A DNA stretch of 64,000 bases from Candidatus Poribacteria bacterium (GCA_965222225.1 CBDCTK010000002.1:4928001-4992000); one strand, 5' to 3'. Positions 1-11,220 are shown, numbered from the stretch's first letter. Numbers and translations: made by a program. The notes: a model not told the origin generated them from the letters alone.

Positions 1-187
1 CGTCTGCCCCGTCATCAAGCGTTTTTTGAAACGCGGAGATAGTATTTTCGGGAGCGCGCCCCATCCCGCCGCGATGGGCAAGTATCTTGACATCTGTCTG
101 CATTTTTTGTTGATTACTATAGGTCATCCGAGGGGATATTACTCTCCCGGGATGTTATGCTATTCTGTATTGTAGAAGTTTCGCGGT

Positions 188-1228
188 TTACGGTTGGCAG
201 ACATGCACCTTGATTGACCCCGATTGCTTGTCTGCGGCGGTCTTGAATGCTTCGGCAATCTCCATCAGTGGAAAGCGGTGCGTTACCAGTTTCTTTGCGT
301 CAACCTTCCCCGAGTCGATCAGTTCTATGGCGGCTTCAAAGTCTGTTTCCATCCCGCTGAAACCGTAGCAGCTAGAACCAGTGACAGTTGCTTCTGACCA
401 GACAACTCGGGAAAGATTCACTTCGAGCGGCTTAAAATATCCTGCGACAAGAACAACGAAACCACATGGCCGCACCATCGCCATCGCAGCGTCAAAATTC
501 TGACCGCCCCCCACAGTCTCTATCACGGCGTCCATGCCTAGACCACCAGTGATATCGTCGACGTATTTCGCAACATCGGTCTCGCGAACGTTCACAATGT
601 GATCTGCCCCAAATTCCTTGGCTAGTTGCGCCTGTCGCTCATATTTCACGGTAATTAACGTCTCCTTAGCGCCGACTGCAATCGCATCGGCCAAGCAGAG
701 CTGACCAATTGTCCCACCGCCTATTATTGCGACAGTGCTCCGGGCGTTGACATTTGCCCGTGCCACAGCTCGATGTGAAACCGCGAGTGGTTCAACGAGC
801 GTTCCATCTTCAAAACTCATGTAATCAGGCAATTTGAATAATCCTGATTCATGAAGGATAGTATATTCGGCGAATCCGCCATGTGCTTCATGTGAGATCC
901 ACTTTCTTGCTTTACAGTGATTATAATGGCCCTTTCGGCAGAAAACGCATTTTCCGCAGTGTGAGAAACATTCAGCCGTAGCCTTATCGCCGACTTTGAA
1001 CTTGGTGACACCCTCGCCCAGCTCTGTAACGACACCGCACGTCTCATGGCCGGCTGCCAACGTATCAGACTGTGGCCACTCGCCAAAATAACTGTGAAGA
1101 TCGCTTCCGCAGACTCCGGTCTGCTTGGTATCTAGTACGATATAGCCCGGTGCCGGTTTAATCCAGTCAACCTCCCGAATCCCAATTTTCTCAACCCCTG
1201 AGTAAATCGCCGCTTTCATCTTGTTCAT
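188..1228 (-). CDS. Zinc-dependent medium-chain alcohol/sugar dehydrogenase (Tdh/sorbitol dehydrogenase-like)
   Basis: GVCGSDLH, GHE, structural Zn CxxCxxC...C and GGGTIG NAD motif; start moved to MNKMK after a GAGAGGGG RBS. Confidence 0.88.
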   Translation of the reverse strand: MNKMKAAIYSGVEKIGIREVDWIKPAPGYIVLDTKQTGVCGSDLHSYFGEWPQSDTLAAGHETCGVVTELGEGVTKFKVGDKATAECFSHCGKCVFCRKGHYNHCKARKWISHEAHGGFAEYTILHESGLFKLPDYMSFEDGTLVEPLAVSHRAVARANVNARSTVAIIGGGTIGQLCLADAIAVGAKETLITVKYERQAQLAKEFGADHIVNVRETDVAKYVDDITGGLGMDAVIETVGGGQNFDAAMAMVRPCGFVVLVAGYFKPLEVNLSRVVWSEATVTGSSCYGFSGMETDFEAAIELIDSGKVDAKKLVTHRFPLMEIAEAFKTAADKQSGSIKVHVCQP

Positions 1229-1481
1229 GGAAGTGTCCCCTCTCATAAGCGCGTTAAGTGGCATTCGCGTCGTTTGGATTATATCAAGAGTAGAAATGGT
1301 TTGCAATCATTTTCCAAAGAATCGCGTTGACATAATTGTTTCATACCTGCTATTCTTCCGTAAGTCGCGCATTTGGGTTCGACCTCCCATTATTGTTGAA
1401 CATCATCTGGAAGCGTCAAAGATGAACCAATCCAAATCGGATGAGGACGGACCGATAACTGGTGAGCGAGAGGGAAATTTC

Positions 1482-3482
1482 ATGCAAACAAAGCTCGTAC
1501 CTATTCGAATGGTAATTGCAGCAATACTATTGCTATTCACATGCTTGGCTTATGGTCAAGGACGGCTTGCTACTGTTTATCTAAAAAACGGAGACCGTCT
1601 TACAGGACACTGGCTGGCATCTGACGACACGGTGGTTCACATCGCTTTTCAAGAGAAAAAACTTAAAATTGATTTAGACGTAATCTCGACAATTCGTTTC
1701 GCTACAGATTTAAGTCTTGTCCCTGACGCTCAAGCCGAGAAACATTTTCGTAACGCTAAGGCGTTGTTGGAGCTAGGACTACACGAGAAGGCTAAAAGAC
1801 AATTCGAGGCGGCAATCGAAGAATTTCCAAAGTATGCTGATGCGCACTATAATCTTGGGCTACTGCTCAAAGAGGCTGGAGCTATTGATGAAGCATTGGG
1901 CTATTTTGGGCGGGTTGCCAAGATTGCCCCACATTCCTACAATCTTGCCGAGGATATCAAGACTGCAGCAGATAGTTATCTTGCAGCGGAAGCATTCCGC
2001 AAGGCTGCCGATGCATACGTACTTATATTTAATCACTATCCAACTCACTCGGAGGCTGAACATGCGGGCTATACAGCTGGATTCATATTGACGGAGCAGT
2101 TGCAGGAGACTGCTGAAGCGTTGAAAATCCTGCAAGAAGCGACGCAGCGCTTCCCCGAATCGGGCGATTTGGAAAAAGCAAAGTATTTCATTGGAGTGTT
2201 GCAGTCAAGGATTGGACAACCACAGATTGCGGTGGAAACGCTAACCACCTTTATGCAAGAACACCCGGACAGCGAATGGCTCGATGATGCTTATCTTGCC
2301 CGAGGCTCCGTATATCAGCAACTTCGTATGAACAAAGAAGCTCTTGATGATTTCTCCGTAGCTAATGCAATTACAACTGATCCGCGGTTGATACCCATTA
2401 TACAGAAGAAGCGCGAAGAATGTGCATGGACGATATACACCGTGTCGGACAATCTCCCAAGCAATAATATCCAAGCCATCGCGGTTAGTGGAAATGATTT
2501 GTGGGTGGGAACCCCCAAAGGGTTGGCAAGAGTCGACATAGGTCTCGGTAGGTGGCAACTGCGTCCTGAGAACGGAATTGAACTAATCAATGGGCTCAAC
2601 CCGAACGTACCAACCAATGTGCGCGCGTTAGCAGTCTACGCGCCAACTATTGAAGTGCCAAGCCCTATTGGAAATGATGAAAGTTCTCCACCTGTGATCG
2701 AAGAAGTGGACGAGGACATTGAAGTGTGGATCGGAACACTAAATCAAGGTGTAATCCGTTATAACCCGGCGGCAGGTATAACCCACGTCAATTACAACAC
2801 ACTGAACGGGTTGCCGCACAATCAAATCTTCGACATTGAGTTTGGTTCTGACGACGTGTGGGTCGCTACGTTTTCCGGAGTTGCTCGATATTCTCGGTCA
2901 AACGATGAATGGATAGTCTATGATCGGACGACTGATGGACTTCCCGCTGACAACATTGTCGCGTTGGCTGTCACGCCGGAATCCGTCTGGGCAGGCACTT
3001 CAGACGCCGGAATCGCTATTTTTGACCTGGTATATGATCCATCATGGCGTAGCTCAAACTTGCACGATATGGTTCCCGAAGTTGGCGGCAATTCATTTGC
3101 AAGTTTCGATGTCGGTGGTCAAAGTGTGTTTTTCACTTGGTATAGTCAAGAGGAAAAAGAGAACGGATATGCCGAAGTCGACTGGAAGGGCCTACAAGGG
3201 ATGGGGATGCCGGTCGTTCAAACGGATATTGTACCTATTGAAGATATATATATTGCAGTCGGGCAAGCCGACGCCATGATGACATCGCCGCCATTGTGGA
3301 TTGCTACCAACGATGCCGTGTTTTTCAAGTCTGAGAGCGGGTGGGATTCGATTGGTTACCCCGTGGGCCAAATTGGAGATACAGTCACAGTCAATTGTAT
3401 TGAGCTGGGTAATGAGACCGCTTGGATAGGCACTTCTAACGGACTCGCGAAAATCGACACTAACGCGGTCGGCACACGATGA
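1482..3482 (+). CDS. Secreted TPR-repeat protein with C-terminal two-component-regulator-type beta-propeller
   Basis: Signal-like N-terminus, TPR motifs (YADAHYNLG, LDDAYLARG), propeller repeats LPSNNIQAI/GLPHNQI/GLPADNI with WVGT. Confidence 0.75.
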   Translation: MQTKLVPIRMVIAAILLLFTCLAYGQGRLATVYLKNGDRLTGHWLASDDTVVHIAFQEKKLKIDLDVISTIRFATDLSLVPDAQAEKHFRNAKALLELGLHEKAKRQFEAAIEEFPKYADAHYNLGLLLKEAGAIDEALGYFGRVAKIAPHSYNLAEDIKTAADSYLAAEAFRKAADAYVLIFNHYPTHSEAEHAGYTAGFILTEQLQETAEALKILQEATQRFPESGDLEKAKYFIGVLQSRIGQPQIAVETLTTFMQEHPDSEWLDDAYLARGSVYQQLRMNKEALDDFSVANAITTDPRLIPIIQKKREECAWTIYTVSDNLPSNNIQAIAVSGNDLWVGTPKGLARVDIGLGRWQLRPENGIELINGLNPNVPTNVRALAVYAPTIEVPSPIGNDESSPPVIEEVDEDIEVWIGTLNQGVIRYNPAAGITHVNYNTLNGLPHNQIFDIEFGSDDVWVATFSGVARYSRSNDEWIVYDRTTDGLPADNIVALAVTPESVWAGTSDAGIAIFDLVYDPSWRSSNLHDMVPEVGGNSFASFDVGGQSVFFTWYSQEEKENGYAEVDWKGLQGMGMPVVQTDIVPIEDIYIAVGQADAMMTSPPLWIATNDAVFFKSESGWDSIGYPVGQIGDTVTVNCIELGNETAWIGTSNGLAKIDTNAVGTR

Positions 3483-4117
3483 AGTTAACAGGCTTCTCGC
3501 TCACGCCGAATCATTTCGCGCGAATTGATGAGACTGCCGATTCCCTCTTTTACAATGTTCCCCGCATTGTTACCCACATTGATGATAATGGGATTAGGTC
3601 GATTCAAGCGTTTCTCGAATCCCAGCTTCCGAAGTATGCGACAATCCTGGATCTTATGAGTAGCGCATTCTCGCATTTGCCTGATGGATTTCCGTGTCAA
3701 CGAGCGGTCGGATTGGGATTAAACGAGGTCGAACTTCAAGCAAATCAAGTGCTCGATGAGTATGTAATCCACGATCTCAACGTTGAGCCAAACCTTCCGT
3801 TTACCGATGCAGAATTTGCTGGCGTCCTTGTGATCGCTTCGGTGCAATACCTCACGAAACCGGTGAAAGTCTTTCGTGAAGTACAGCGAATACTACAACC
3901 GAATGGGTCGTTCATCGTCATCTTCTCTAACCGGATGTTCGCGACGAAGGCGGTAGCCATCTGGCGCATGACCTCCGATGAAGGACATGTTGACCTCGTG
4001 ACACATTATTTCTATCAAGCTGGCGGTTTTCAAAAAATTACATTCTTGGATAAGACGCCGCCTGTAGAGGCGTATACTGATCCTGTCTACATCGTCATGG
4101 CGAGAAAACAATTGTGA
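3479..4117 (+). CDS. Class I SAM-dependent methyltransferase (Methyltransf_11-like)
   Basis: FYNVPRIVTHIDD, ILDLMSS, SVQYLTKP, FSNRMF family motifs; 4-bp overlap with upstream gene. Confidence 0.82.
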   Translation: MKLTGFSLTPNHFARIDETADSLFYNVPRIVTHIDDNGIRSIQAFLESQLPKYATILDLMSSAFSHLPDGFPCQRAVGLGLNEVELQANQVLDEYVIHDLNVEPNLPFTDAEFAGVLVIASVQYLTKPVKVFREVQRILQPNGSFIVIFSNRMFATKAVAIWRMTSDEGHVDLVTHYFYQAGGFQKITFLDKTPPVEAYTDPVYIVMARKQL

Positions 4118-4187
4118 CGCTGGCATCGGTAACTTGTACTTGCACCATCGCCGGTTGAATGAGAGTCAAACATAAGGGGCATGAATC

Positions 4188-5278
4188 TTGACTGCACAGA
4201 ATCGGGGAAATTCACGCGTTTATATCGGCACGTACACTTGGAACGAGAGCGAAGGCATTTACGTCTACCGCCTTGACAGTTCATCAGGTACCTTGACGTA
4301 TGAAAGTAAAGCAACTGGTTTGGAGAATCCGACTTTCTTAGCCGTTGAACCTCAAGGGCGCTGTCTTTCCGCGGTAAGTGAGATTCATGCGTTTGAGGGA
4401 CAACCTGGTGGGGTGGTGAGTGCCTTTGGGATTAACCCGACCACCGGCGAACTGACTTATCTCAACCGTCAGCCATCAGGTGGTGCCGAACCGTGCCATT
4501 TAAGCGTAGATGCAACCGGAAAATATGTGCTCGTTGCAAATTATACTGGGGGGAGTGTGGCAGTGTTCCCCATACGGGAGAATGGAGAACTGGGTGAAAT
4601 CTGCGATCTCGTTCATCATGAAGGATCTAGCGTTAACGAAGAACGACAGACAAGTCCGCACCCGCATTCAGTGATGATAGATCCGACGAACCGTTATGTT
4701 TTCGTTCCCGATCTCGGAATTGACAACGTCATGATTTACAAGCTTGATTTGGTTAACGGCAAGCTAATCCCTAATGCCCAGGCTTCGGTTCAGGTCCAAG
4801 CCGGAGCAGGTCCCCGCCATTTCGATTTCCATCCAGTTTTTGATATGCTTATCTTATAAATGAACTCGACTGCACACTTACCGCGTTTGCCTACGAAGAA
4901 TCCAGCGGATCGCTGAAGGAATTCCAGACAGTCTCAACATTGCCAGACGATTTTGAAGGAGTGAGTCACTGCGCGGACGTGCACGTCCACCCATCGGGTA
5001 AATTCGTTTATGGTTCAAATCGCGGTCATGATAGCATTGCGATGTTTCGTATTGCCGAAGAAACGGGAACGCTTACATATCTGGGATGCGAGTCAACTCA
5101 GGGCAAGACACCGCGAAATTTTGCATTGGACTCGGAAGGCGGTTTTCTTTATGCAGCCAACCACGATTCGGACAATATCGTCACATTCCAAATTGACGAA
5201 GAAACCGGCAGGCTCATATCAACAGGTGTGGTCGCAAACGCGCCGACGGCTTCTTGTTTGAAAATTATCTCGTCATAA
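4188..5278 (+). pseudogene. pgl: 6-phosphogluconolactonase (Pgl/YbhE lactonase), frameshifted near 4840
   Basis: YIGTYT, PCHLSVD, PHPHS and GAGPRH in the first ORF; expected YAYLINELD resumes in another frame at about 4844 and continues through SNRGHDS/TPRNF. Confidence 0.85.
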
Positions 5279-5456
5279 CTTGGCTATTGAACATAATTCT
5301 AACTGCGGAGAGACTCAACTCAGGAGAAATAGCGTGTGGTTGATTGAGGCAAGACGGAGGTATGTCCCTACAGATTCACATAACTACACATCAAATTCCT
5401 ACTAAGCTTTTCTTAAAATGTTTGCTACATATTCGATCAAAGGAGATTCAAAGTTA

Positions 5457-6647
5457 ATGACTACAGCTGAAATCAAAGAGATGGCAACCACATATATCAT
5501 GAATACCTACGGTGAGCGCGATTTGGCGTTTGTGCGTGGGGAAGGTCCCTATTTATGGGATGCGGATGGGAAGAAATATCTCGATTTTCTTGGCGGTCTG
5601 GCGGTTAACGGTTTGGGGCATTGTCATCCGAATGTCGTTGCCGCGATTCGGGAGCAGGCAGGCAAGTTGCTACATGTTTCTAATCTATATTACATTGAAC
5701 CGCAGGCCAAATTAGCGAAACTACTCATTGATAATTCTGATTTGGATCAGTGTTTCTTCTGTAATAGCGGTGCGGAAGCGAATGAAGCGGCAATAAAACT
5801 GGCGAGAAAGTATGCCACGGATCGAGGCAAGGCACACGCTCACGAAATCATTACAATGGAGAATTCGTTCCATGGGCGCACAATGGCGACTATCACTGCG
5901 ACTGCACAGACAAAATATCACAAGGGATTTGAACCAATGCTTCCCGGATTTACCTATGTTCCGTTCGATGATTTGGAGGCAACGGAAGCCGCGGTCAATG
6001 AGAATACGTGCGCGATCCTTGTAGAGGCAATTCAGTCCGAAGGCGGTGTCAATGTTCCGAGCGAAGACTATATTCAGGGATTGCGTAGCATATGTGACGC
6101 GCACGGTTTGCTTCTCATTCTTGATGAGGTTCAGACGGCAATGGGCCGTCTTGGAACCTTCTTCGGTTATCAGAGCTACGGGGTGGTGCCCGATGTTTTG
6201 ACAATGGCAAAATCTCTCGGTGGAGGTGTCCCGATTGGTGCCATGCTTGCGAATAAGCATATAGCGGACAGCTTCGTCCCGGGTACGCATGCGGCGACGT
6301 TTGGAGGCAACCCACTGGTCACGACTGCCGCATGTGCATCTATCCAGACAATTCTTGACGAAAATCTCGCTGCAAATGCCATCGAAATGGGAAACTATTT
6401 GGCATACGAAATATCACAACTCAAAGACAAATGTCCGATCGTAGAAGTGCGAGGCAAAGGTTTATTGCGTGGATTGGTGATGTCTGTCGATGCTAAACCA
6501 CTTGCCGCGAAATGCGCAGATAACGGTTTAATCACAATTTGTACCAACGATTACGTACTCCGGTTTCTGCCGCCACTCAATATCACGATTAGCCACGTTG
6601 ATGAAGCAGTCGCGATTCTTGAGAGGTCAATGGCTGAGGTATTTTAA
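5457..6647 (+). CDS. argD: Acetylornithine aminotransferase
   Basis: YLDFLGGLAVNGLGH, NSGAEANE, SFHGRT, DEVQT, TMAKSLGGG, TFGGNPL. Confidence 0.92.
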   Translation: MTTAEIKEMATTYIMNTYGERDLAFVRGEGPYLWDADGKKYLDFLGGLAVNGLGHCHPNVVAAIREQAGKLLHVSNLYYIEPQAKLAKLLIDNSDLDQCFFCNSGAEANEAAIKLARKYATDRGKAHAHEIITMENSFHGRTMATITATAQTKYHKGFEPMLPGFTYVPFDDLEATEAAVNENTCAILVEAIQSEGGVNVPSEDYIQGLRSICDAHGLLLILDEVQTAMGRLGTFFGYQSYGVVPDVLTMAKSLGGGVPIGAMLANKHIADSFVPGTHAATFGGNPLVTTAACASIQTILDENLAANAIEMGNYLAYEISQLKDKCPIVEVRGKGLLRGLVMSVDAKPLAAKCADNGLITICTNDYVLRFLPPLNITISHVDEAVAILERSMAEVF

Positions 6648-6674
6648 CGTGTGGAGTCAGGTTGGATTGACAGG

Positions 6675-7529
6675 ATGAATCATACGGCATCACGGATTGC
6701 CTTTCATGTTTCACGTTCCCATAACTGTGTCGTGATAATTGTTTTTCTTATTTCAACCTTGGTTGGTTGTGGTAGCAAAACGGTCAAATTATCTCCTGCT
6801 GACAGAGAGTTGTTGAATCCTATCCTCACCCGCCTTCAATTAAACTATGACCTCACATCAACAGTACGAATCCTACAGATGGTTGTAACCATTGAAGACA
6901 AGGACAATAAAGAGGAGCTTCGAGAATCACTTTGGTATAAGCGTTCATTGAAAGACGGCGATTTTCTCCACATACAAGCGCTGGGCCCATTGAACGAACC
7001 ACGAGTGATTGCTATCGCTGCCAGAGACCACCTCCTGCTCTACTTTGCCAATGAGCAGGAAGCAATCTTTGAACGCCTAGAAGATGGGGTGTTAAGAGAG
7101 GTTTTCGGTATGGATTTAAGAATCTCGGATGTTCGCAGTGCCATTTTTGCAAATCCCTTCCTTGATGGACGTACGAACGAATTGGTGTTGGCATCCTCTG
7201 GTGCCAAGTATGTGGTGAAACGCCCGGGAGTCAAATCCGGGCACCTGGAAGAGATTACCGTCCTAGTACGAGATGGTGGACCCGCTGTTAGCCATTGGAA
7301 GATTCGAGATCAGGATGAGAACATAATTCAGCGAGTCGAATTTTCCGATTATCGCGATGTAGGTGGAGTACTCCGCCCTCACCGTGTCGAGATTGAACGT
7401 CCAAAAGAGCACACGCGCGTCGTATTGAAGATTATCAAGCCAGAAATTAATGTTGAGATTAATGACAGCAAATTTGACTTCAAGCCATTTCTCACAGAAT
7501 CTACAACGATTCGGACGCTTCAGAAGTGA
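6675..7529 (+). CDS. Putative lipoprotein with LolA/LolB-like (DUF4292-like) fold
   Basis: Lipobox LVGC; C-terminal FSDYRDVGG..PHRVEI..INDSKF pattern; occupies the position of lolB upstream of ispE. Confidence 0.55.
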   Translation: MNHTASRIAFHVSRSHNCVVIIVFLISTLVGCGSKTVKLSPADRELLNPILTRLQLNYDLTSTVRILQMVVTIEDKDNKEELRESLWYKRSLKDGDFLHIQALGPLNEPRVIAIAARDHLLLYFANEQEAIFERLEDGVLREVFGMDLRISDVRSAIFANPFLDGRTNELVLASSGAKYVVKRPGVKSGHLEEITVLVRDGGPAVSHWKIRDQDENIIQRVEFSDYRDVGGVLRPHRVEIERPKEHTRVVLKIIKPEINVEINDSKFDFKPFLTESTTIRTLQK

Positions 7530-7595
7530 CGGTGTAGGTCGAAGCAATTTTCTTGTCGGCCTTTCCGCTAGCCAACGCAGCATTTCCCCACCGCC

Positions 7596-8477
7596 ATGGC
7601 AAAATCATTGCTCATTCATGCTCACGCGAAAATCAACCTGTATCTCAATGTAACCGGTAAGCGTCCTGATGGTTATCATAATCTTGAAACAATTTTCCAC
7701 TCAATTCAACTCCACGACGATGTCATTCTCCGACCACTTGCGAGACGGGAAATTTTAATACGGTGCGACCACCCATTGGTACCGTGTGACACGCGAAATC
7801 TGGGATATCGAGCTGCTCAACTACTGATAAATCATACCGACACTATGTGCGGCGTTGAAGTCTCAATCAAGAAACGGATACCGGTGGCTGCGGGACTTGC
7901 GGGTGGCAGCGCAAATGCCGCAGCCGTTCTATGGGGCATGAATCAGCTGTTTGAATTCGGATTAACCCAAACCGACTTAATGTGCTTAGGTTTGCAATTA
8001 GGTGCGGATGTTCCGTTTTGCCTACTCGGTGGCGCTGCAATTGGTCGCGGAGTTGGAGAGATTCTAACCCCTTTACCCTCGCTAGAGGAGACTTACTTGC
8101 TGTTGGCAAACCCAGGGATTGAGGTAAGAACAAGCTGGGTCTTCCAGCATCTCCATTTTGCGTTGACTAACAAATCCGCAGATGATATAATTCTGCGAGG
8201 TTGCCTTGAGAATGGGGACCGGCGTGGTGTGGCTGAGAACATGTACAATTGCTTGGAAGTTCCGGTGTTTCTGAAATTTCCCGATGTTGAATCGCTCAAG
8301 TGTAAATTGGCGGGTTGCCACGGGAGCTATGGAGCGTTAATGTCGGGTAGCGGTGCGACTGTATTCTCTATCATGCGGGACGCCGCGAGCGCGCGCCAGG
8401 TTGCATCTAGATTTTGCGATAGATTGACATTCTGTACTGCAACACTCACGAGCGGTGCTAGCTTGTATCCGGCTTAA
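7596..8477 (+). CDS. ispE: 4-diphosphocytidyl-2-C-methyl-D-erythritol kinase
   Basis: AKINLYL, DGYHNL, KRIPVAAGLAGGS, LGADVPF, MSGSG. Confidence 0.96.
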   Translation: MAKSLLIHAHAKINLYLNVTGKRPDGYHNLETIFHSIQLHDDVILRPLARREILIRCDHPLVPCDTRNLGYRAAQLLINHTDTMCGVEVSIKKRIPVAAGLAGGSANAAAVLWGMNQLFEFGLTQTDLMCLGLQLGADVPFCLLGGAAIGRGVGEILTPLPSLEETYLLLANPGIEVRTSWVFQHLHFALTNKSADDIILRGCLENGDRRGVAENMYNCLEVPVFLKFPDVESLKCKLAGCHGSYGALMSGSGATVFSIMRDAASARQVASRFCDRLTFCTATLTSGASLYPA

Positions 8478-8549
8478 TGGGCGGTCGCCAAGTGGTAAGG
8501 CACGGGTCTTTGGAACCCGCATTCGTAGGTTCGAGTCCTACCCGCCCAG
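8478..8549 (+). tRNA. tRNA-Gln (TTG)
   Basis: TGGGCGG/CCGCCCA acceptor stem, D loop AAGTGGTAAGG, anticodon loop CTTTGGA, T arm GGTTCGAGTCC; CCA not encoded. Confidence 0.96.
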
Positions 8550-8757
8550 CACTCCAAGGGAAGTCCGTTATTATAGCGCTGGCTAATCCGATTTCGTTCC
8601 CACCTTTGATGAGCGTATCATTTCTAGAGTTGGCGCTATCATCACAATCAAGAAAACAGGCATTTTTCGCTGACAAAGAGCCGATGATGTCTGCGGGACA
8701 AGAAGCATTGTAGCAAATTTTGATCTTTACGGAAAAAAATGACTGGGAGCAAAATAC

Positions 8758-9420
8758 ATGCAACAGGTAAGACTAGAAGTTGAAAAGCGGAATACCTTTG
8801 GCAAGGGAAATGCTCGTGCGCTTCGGCGTGGGGGTTCGATCCCGGCTGTGCTATATGGGCGTCACGACGACGTGATTCCACTTCGGATTGATGAGCATGT
8901 TTTCCGTACATTCCTTCGGAAAAACAGTGAAAATGTGCTTATCGACCTGGACATAAAGGGGCACGGTACCGAGACAGCCATGATTCGAGAGATTCAGCAA
9001 CATCCCGTAATTAAGCGAACCTTGCTACACGCGGATTTCGTGCGTGTGTCTTTAGATGAACCGGTAACTGCAGCTATTCCGATTGTTCTAATCGGTACGC
9101 CTTTAGGTGTTCGAGAGAGTGATGGGGTACTGGAGTTTCCTCTCCGAGATCTGACAGTTCACTGTTTGCCTGGGCTCCTGCCCGATGAGATTCAAGTGGA
9201 CGTAAATGAATTAGACGTGAATGAAATTATCCACGTTGGGGATTTGGCCGTGGCTGAAGGGATTCAGGTATTGGATGATTCGCAAACCATGATTATCGCA
9301 GTCAGCCCACCAAAGGTTGAGGAAGTGGAAGCCGAAGAAATTGAGGGCGAAGAGGTGCTAGAACCCGAGCAGGAAGAACCTGAACTGATTACCCGTAAAC
9401 GTAGTGACGATGAAGAATGA
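8758..9420 (+). CDS. rplY: 50S ribosomal protein L25/general stress protein Ctc
   Basis: ARALRRGGSIPAVLYG, HADF, TL5-type C-terminal domain and acidic tail. Confidence 0.95.
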   Translation: MQQVRLEVEKRNTFGKGNARALRRGGSIPAVLYGRHDDVIPLRIDEHVFRTFLRKNSENVLIDLDIKGHGTETAMIREIQQHPVIKRTLLHADFVRVSLDEPVTAAIPIVLIGTPLGVRESDGVLEFPLRDLTVHCLPGLLPDEIQVDVNELDVNEIIHVGDLAVAEGIQVLDDSQTMIIAVSPPKVEEVEAEEIEGEEVLEPEQEEPELITRKRSDDEE

Positions 9421-10550
9421 AGCTGGGCCGACGTTGTTTATACACTACCATCGCTTTGTGGACGTCAGTTGCTCTTAGTTTCCAGCAATCCCCCTCGATT
9501 CGTTTTGTGGATCGAGGGGGAAAGATGCTCGCCCAAGTTGAAACGGTCACCCGAGACGGAGTGCTGTATTTGCCAGTTATTGCGCTGCGTCGAATCGTTG
9601 ATTCCGACATGAGGAGGAAATACGACCTCACCGGCAAACTCACCCTAGTTCTCAATCAAAAACGTATCGAGTTGCACCTAGGAAAACCGTCCGCCACGGT
9701 TGCTGGGCAGCCAGTGCCAATAACACTATCCCACCCGCCGTTGGTCATCGACCAACGACCAATGCTCCCAATTACATTTTTTACAGAACTACTTCCCAAC
9801 ATATACGATCTTGAAGTGGCTTACAACCCTGAGCTTCAACGCGTGCGTATCGTGGAGACGAAGGATACACGTCCACTTGCAGGGCCACAAGAAGGGTTTC
9901 TTGTTGTCGTTAACCCGGGGCATGGAGGAACAGACAGGGGATATCAGGGAAGTGACGGCGTACTTGAGAAGGAAATTACACTAGCGATAGCTAAGCATGT
10001 TGAAGCCTATTGCCAACAGAATGGAATCCGGGTTGTACTCACACGAGAAGGGGATTATGAGAGACGTCCACTAGAACGTGTACAAATTGCGAATCAAAGC
10101 GGAGGCCAACTTTTCCTGAGCCTACATTGCAATGCTTCTTATACGGCTGAAGCGGAGGGCATTCACTTATACGTCAATAGTTCAGTGTGGCACCGCCAAT
10201 CGGACAATTCTACATCTTCTACCGGTAATGTACCCTATCACAGAGAAATTACGACACTTTCCCAAGAGGATTTCCTGGATCAAAGTCGAGGCCTTGCATC
10301 CATTTTTCGAGAGCAGTTGAAAACTTCTACGGAAGGCCTTACCCCATTGACAGAGATTCCGCTGACAACTTTGTCCGAGGTTTATATGCCTGCTCTCTTG
10401 ATTGAGCTTGGTTACTTATCGAATGCAGCAGATCAAGAAAAGCTTACCGACTTTGGCAGCCAAGAAGCCATAGCGGGAAGCATTGGGGCAGCAATTGTGG
10501 AGTATCGAAACGCACTCAAAACCGGACAGAATTCCAACAATGGCGAATAA
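9417..10550 (+). CDS. N-acetylmuramoyl-L-alanine amidase (Amidase_3) with N-terminal stalk-like domain
   Basis: NPGHGG, EKEITL, LTR, FLSLHCNA, PALLIELGYLSN. Confidence 0.88.
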   Translation: MKLGRRCLYTTIALWTSVALSFQQSPSIRFVDRGGKMLAQVETVTRDGVLYLPVIALRRIVDSDMRRKYDLTGKLTLVLNQKRIELHLGKPSATVAGQPVPITLSHPPLVIDQRPMLPITFFTELLPNIYDLEVAYNPELQRVRIVETKDTRPLAGPQEGFLVVVNPGHGGTDRGYQGSDGVLEKEITLAIAKHVEAYCQQNGIRVVLTREGDYERRPLERVQIANQSGGQLFLSLHCNASYTAEAEGIHLYVNSSVWHRQSDNSTSSTGNVPYHREITTLSQEDFLDQSRGLASIFREQLKTSTEGLTPLTEIPLTTLSEVYMPALLIELGYLSNAADQEKLTDFGSQEAIAGSIGAAIVEYRNALKTGQNSNNGE

Positions 10551-11163
10551 GTCTAAACGAGGACGGTTAAAATTCAAATTGCTTCTCGGTGCTGTCGTTG
10601 CTGCTGCTCTTGCTCTAGTCTCTGCATTTCTCTTTTTTAACCGTGCGGAAGTATTGCCACCTCGACCACCGCTGCCACCTGCTGCAAGTTCTCCGAATAC
10701 CTCCCCACCACTCCAACAAATCAAGCTAGTTTTTTTTCAACCGGAATCGCTTGAACTCGTTGACTTTGTACGGGAGTTGCGTCTATCTAACGACAACCCT
10801 GAGCGCCTTAAACAAATTATCAATGCACTCCTTGAAGGGCCTCCACCTACCTTGATGAACACTATCCCCAAGGGGACGCTTCTATACGAGGTGTATCTTG
10901 ACGAGCAGTCCACCGCTTACTTGGATTTTTCGGGCGCCTTAAGCGCCGCGCATATCGGTGGTACCACAGCGGAATCACTGACTGTTCAGACAATTCTAAA
11001 AACAGTCCAATCAAATTTTGGCGAAGACATACAGAATGCGCAACTACTCATTGAAGGCCAAGAAGTTGATACGATTGCTGGGCACGTTGATATTTCAAAG
11101 CCTTTATCATTAGCGGCAATTCTACAAGAGGACCGAGGCCAATCGTATAAGGGGTTGCAGTAA
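10540..11163 (+). CDS. GerMN domain membrane protein
   Basis: N-terminal TM helix; ALLEGP, IPKGT, AYLDFS, IEGQEVDTIAGHVD. Confidence 0.85.
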   Translation: MANKSKRGRLKFKLLLGAVVAAALALVSAFLFFNRAEVLPPRPPLPPAASSPNTSPPLQQIKLVFFQPESLELVDFVRELRLSNDNPERLKQIINALLEGPPPTLMNTIPKGTLLYEVYLDEQSTAYLDFSGALSAAHIGGTTAESLTVQTILKTVQSNFGEDIQNAQLLIEGQEVDTIAGHVDISKPLSLAAILQEDRGQSYKGLQ

Positions 11164-11220
11164 CCAGAAAATCTTTTCGTTGCACTACTGGATTAGTGAA
11201 TCTCTGGAGTCCATCAAATC

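Noticed and set aside
4830-4860. Programmed frameshift in pgl
   Set aside because: Only a short T run, no canonical slippery heptamer or stimulator; mutation or sequencing error is more likely
8477-8713. 78-aa ORF after ispE and its antisense ORFs
   Set aside because: They overlap the tRNA-Gln gene and are spurious
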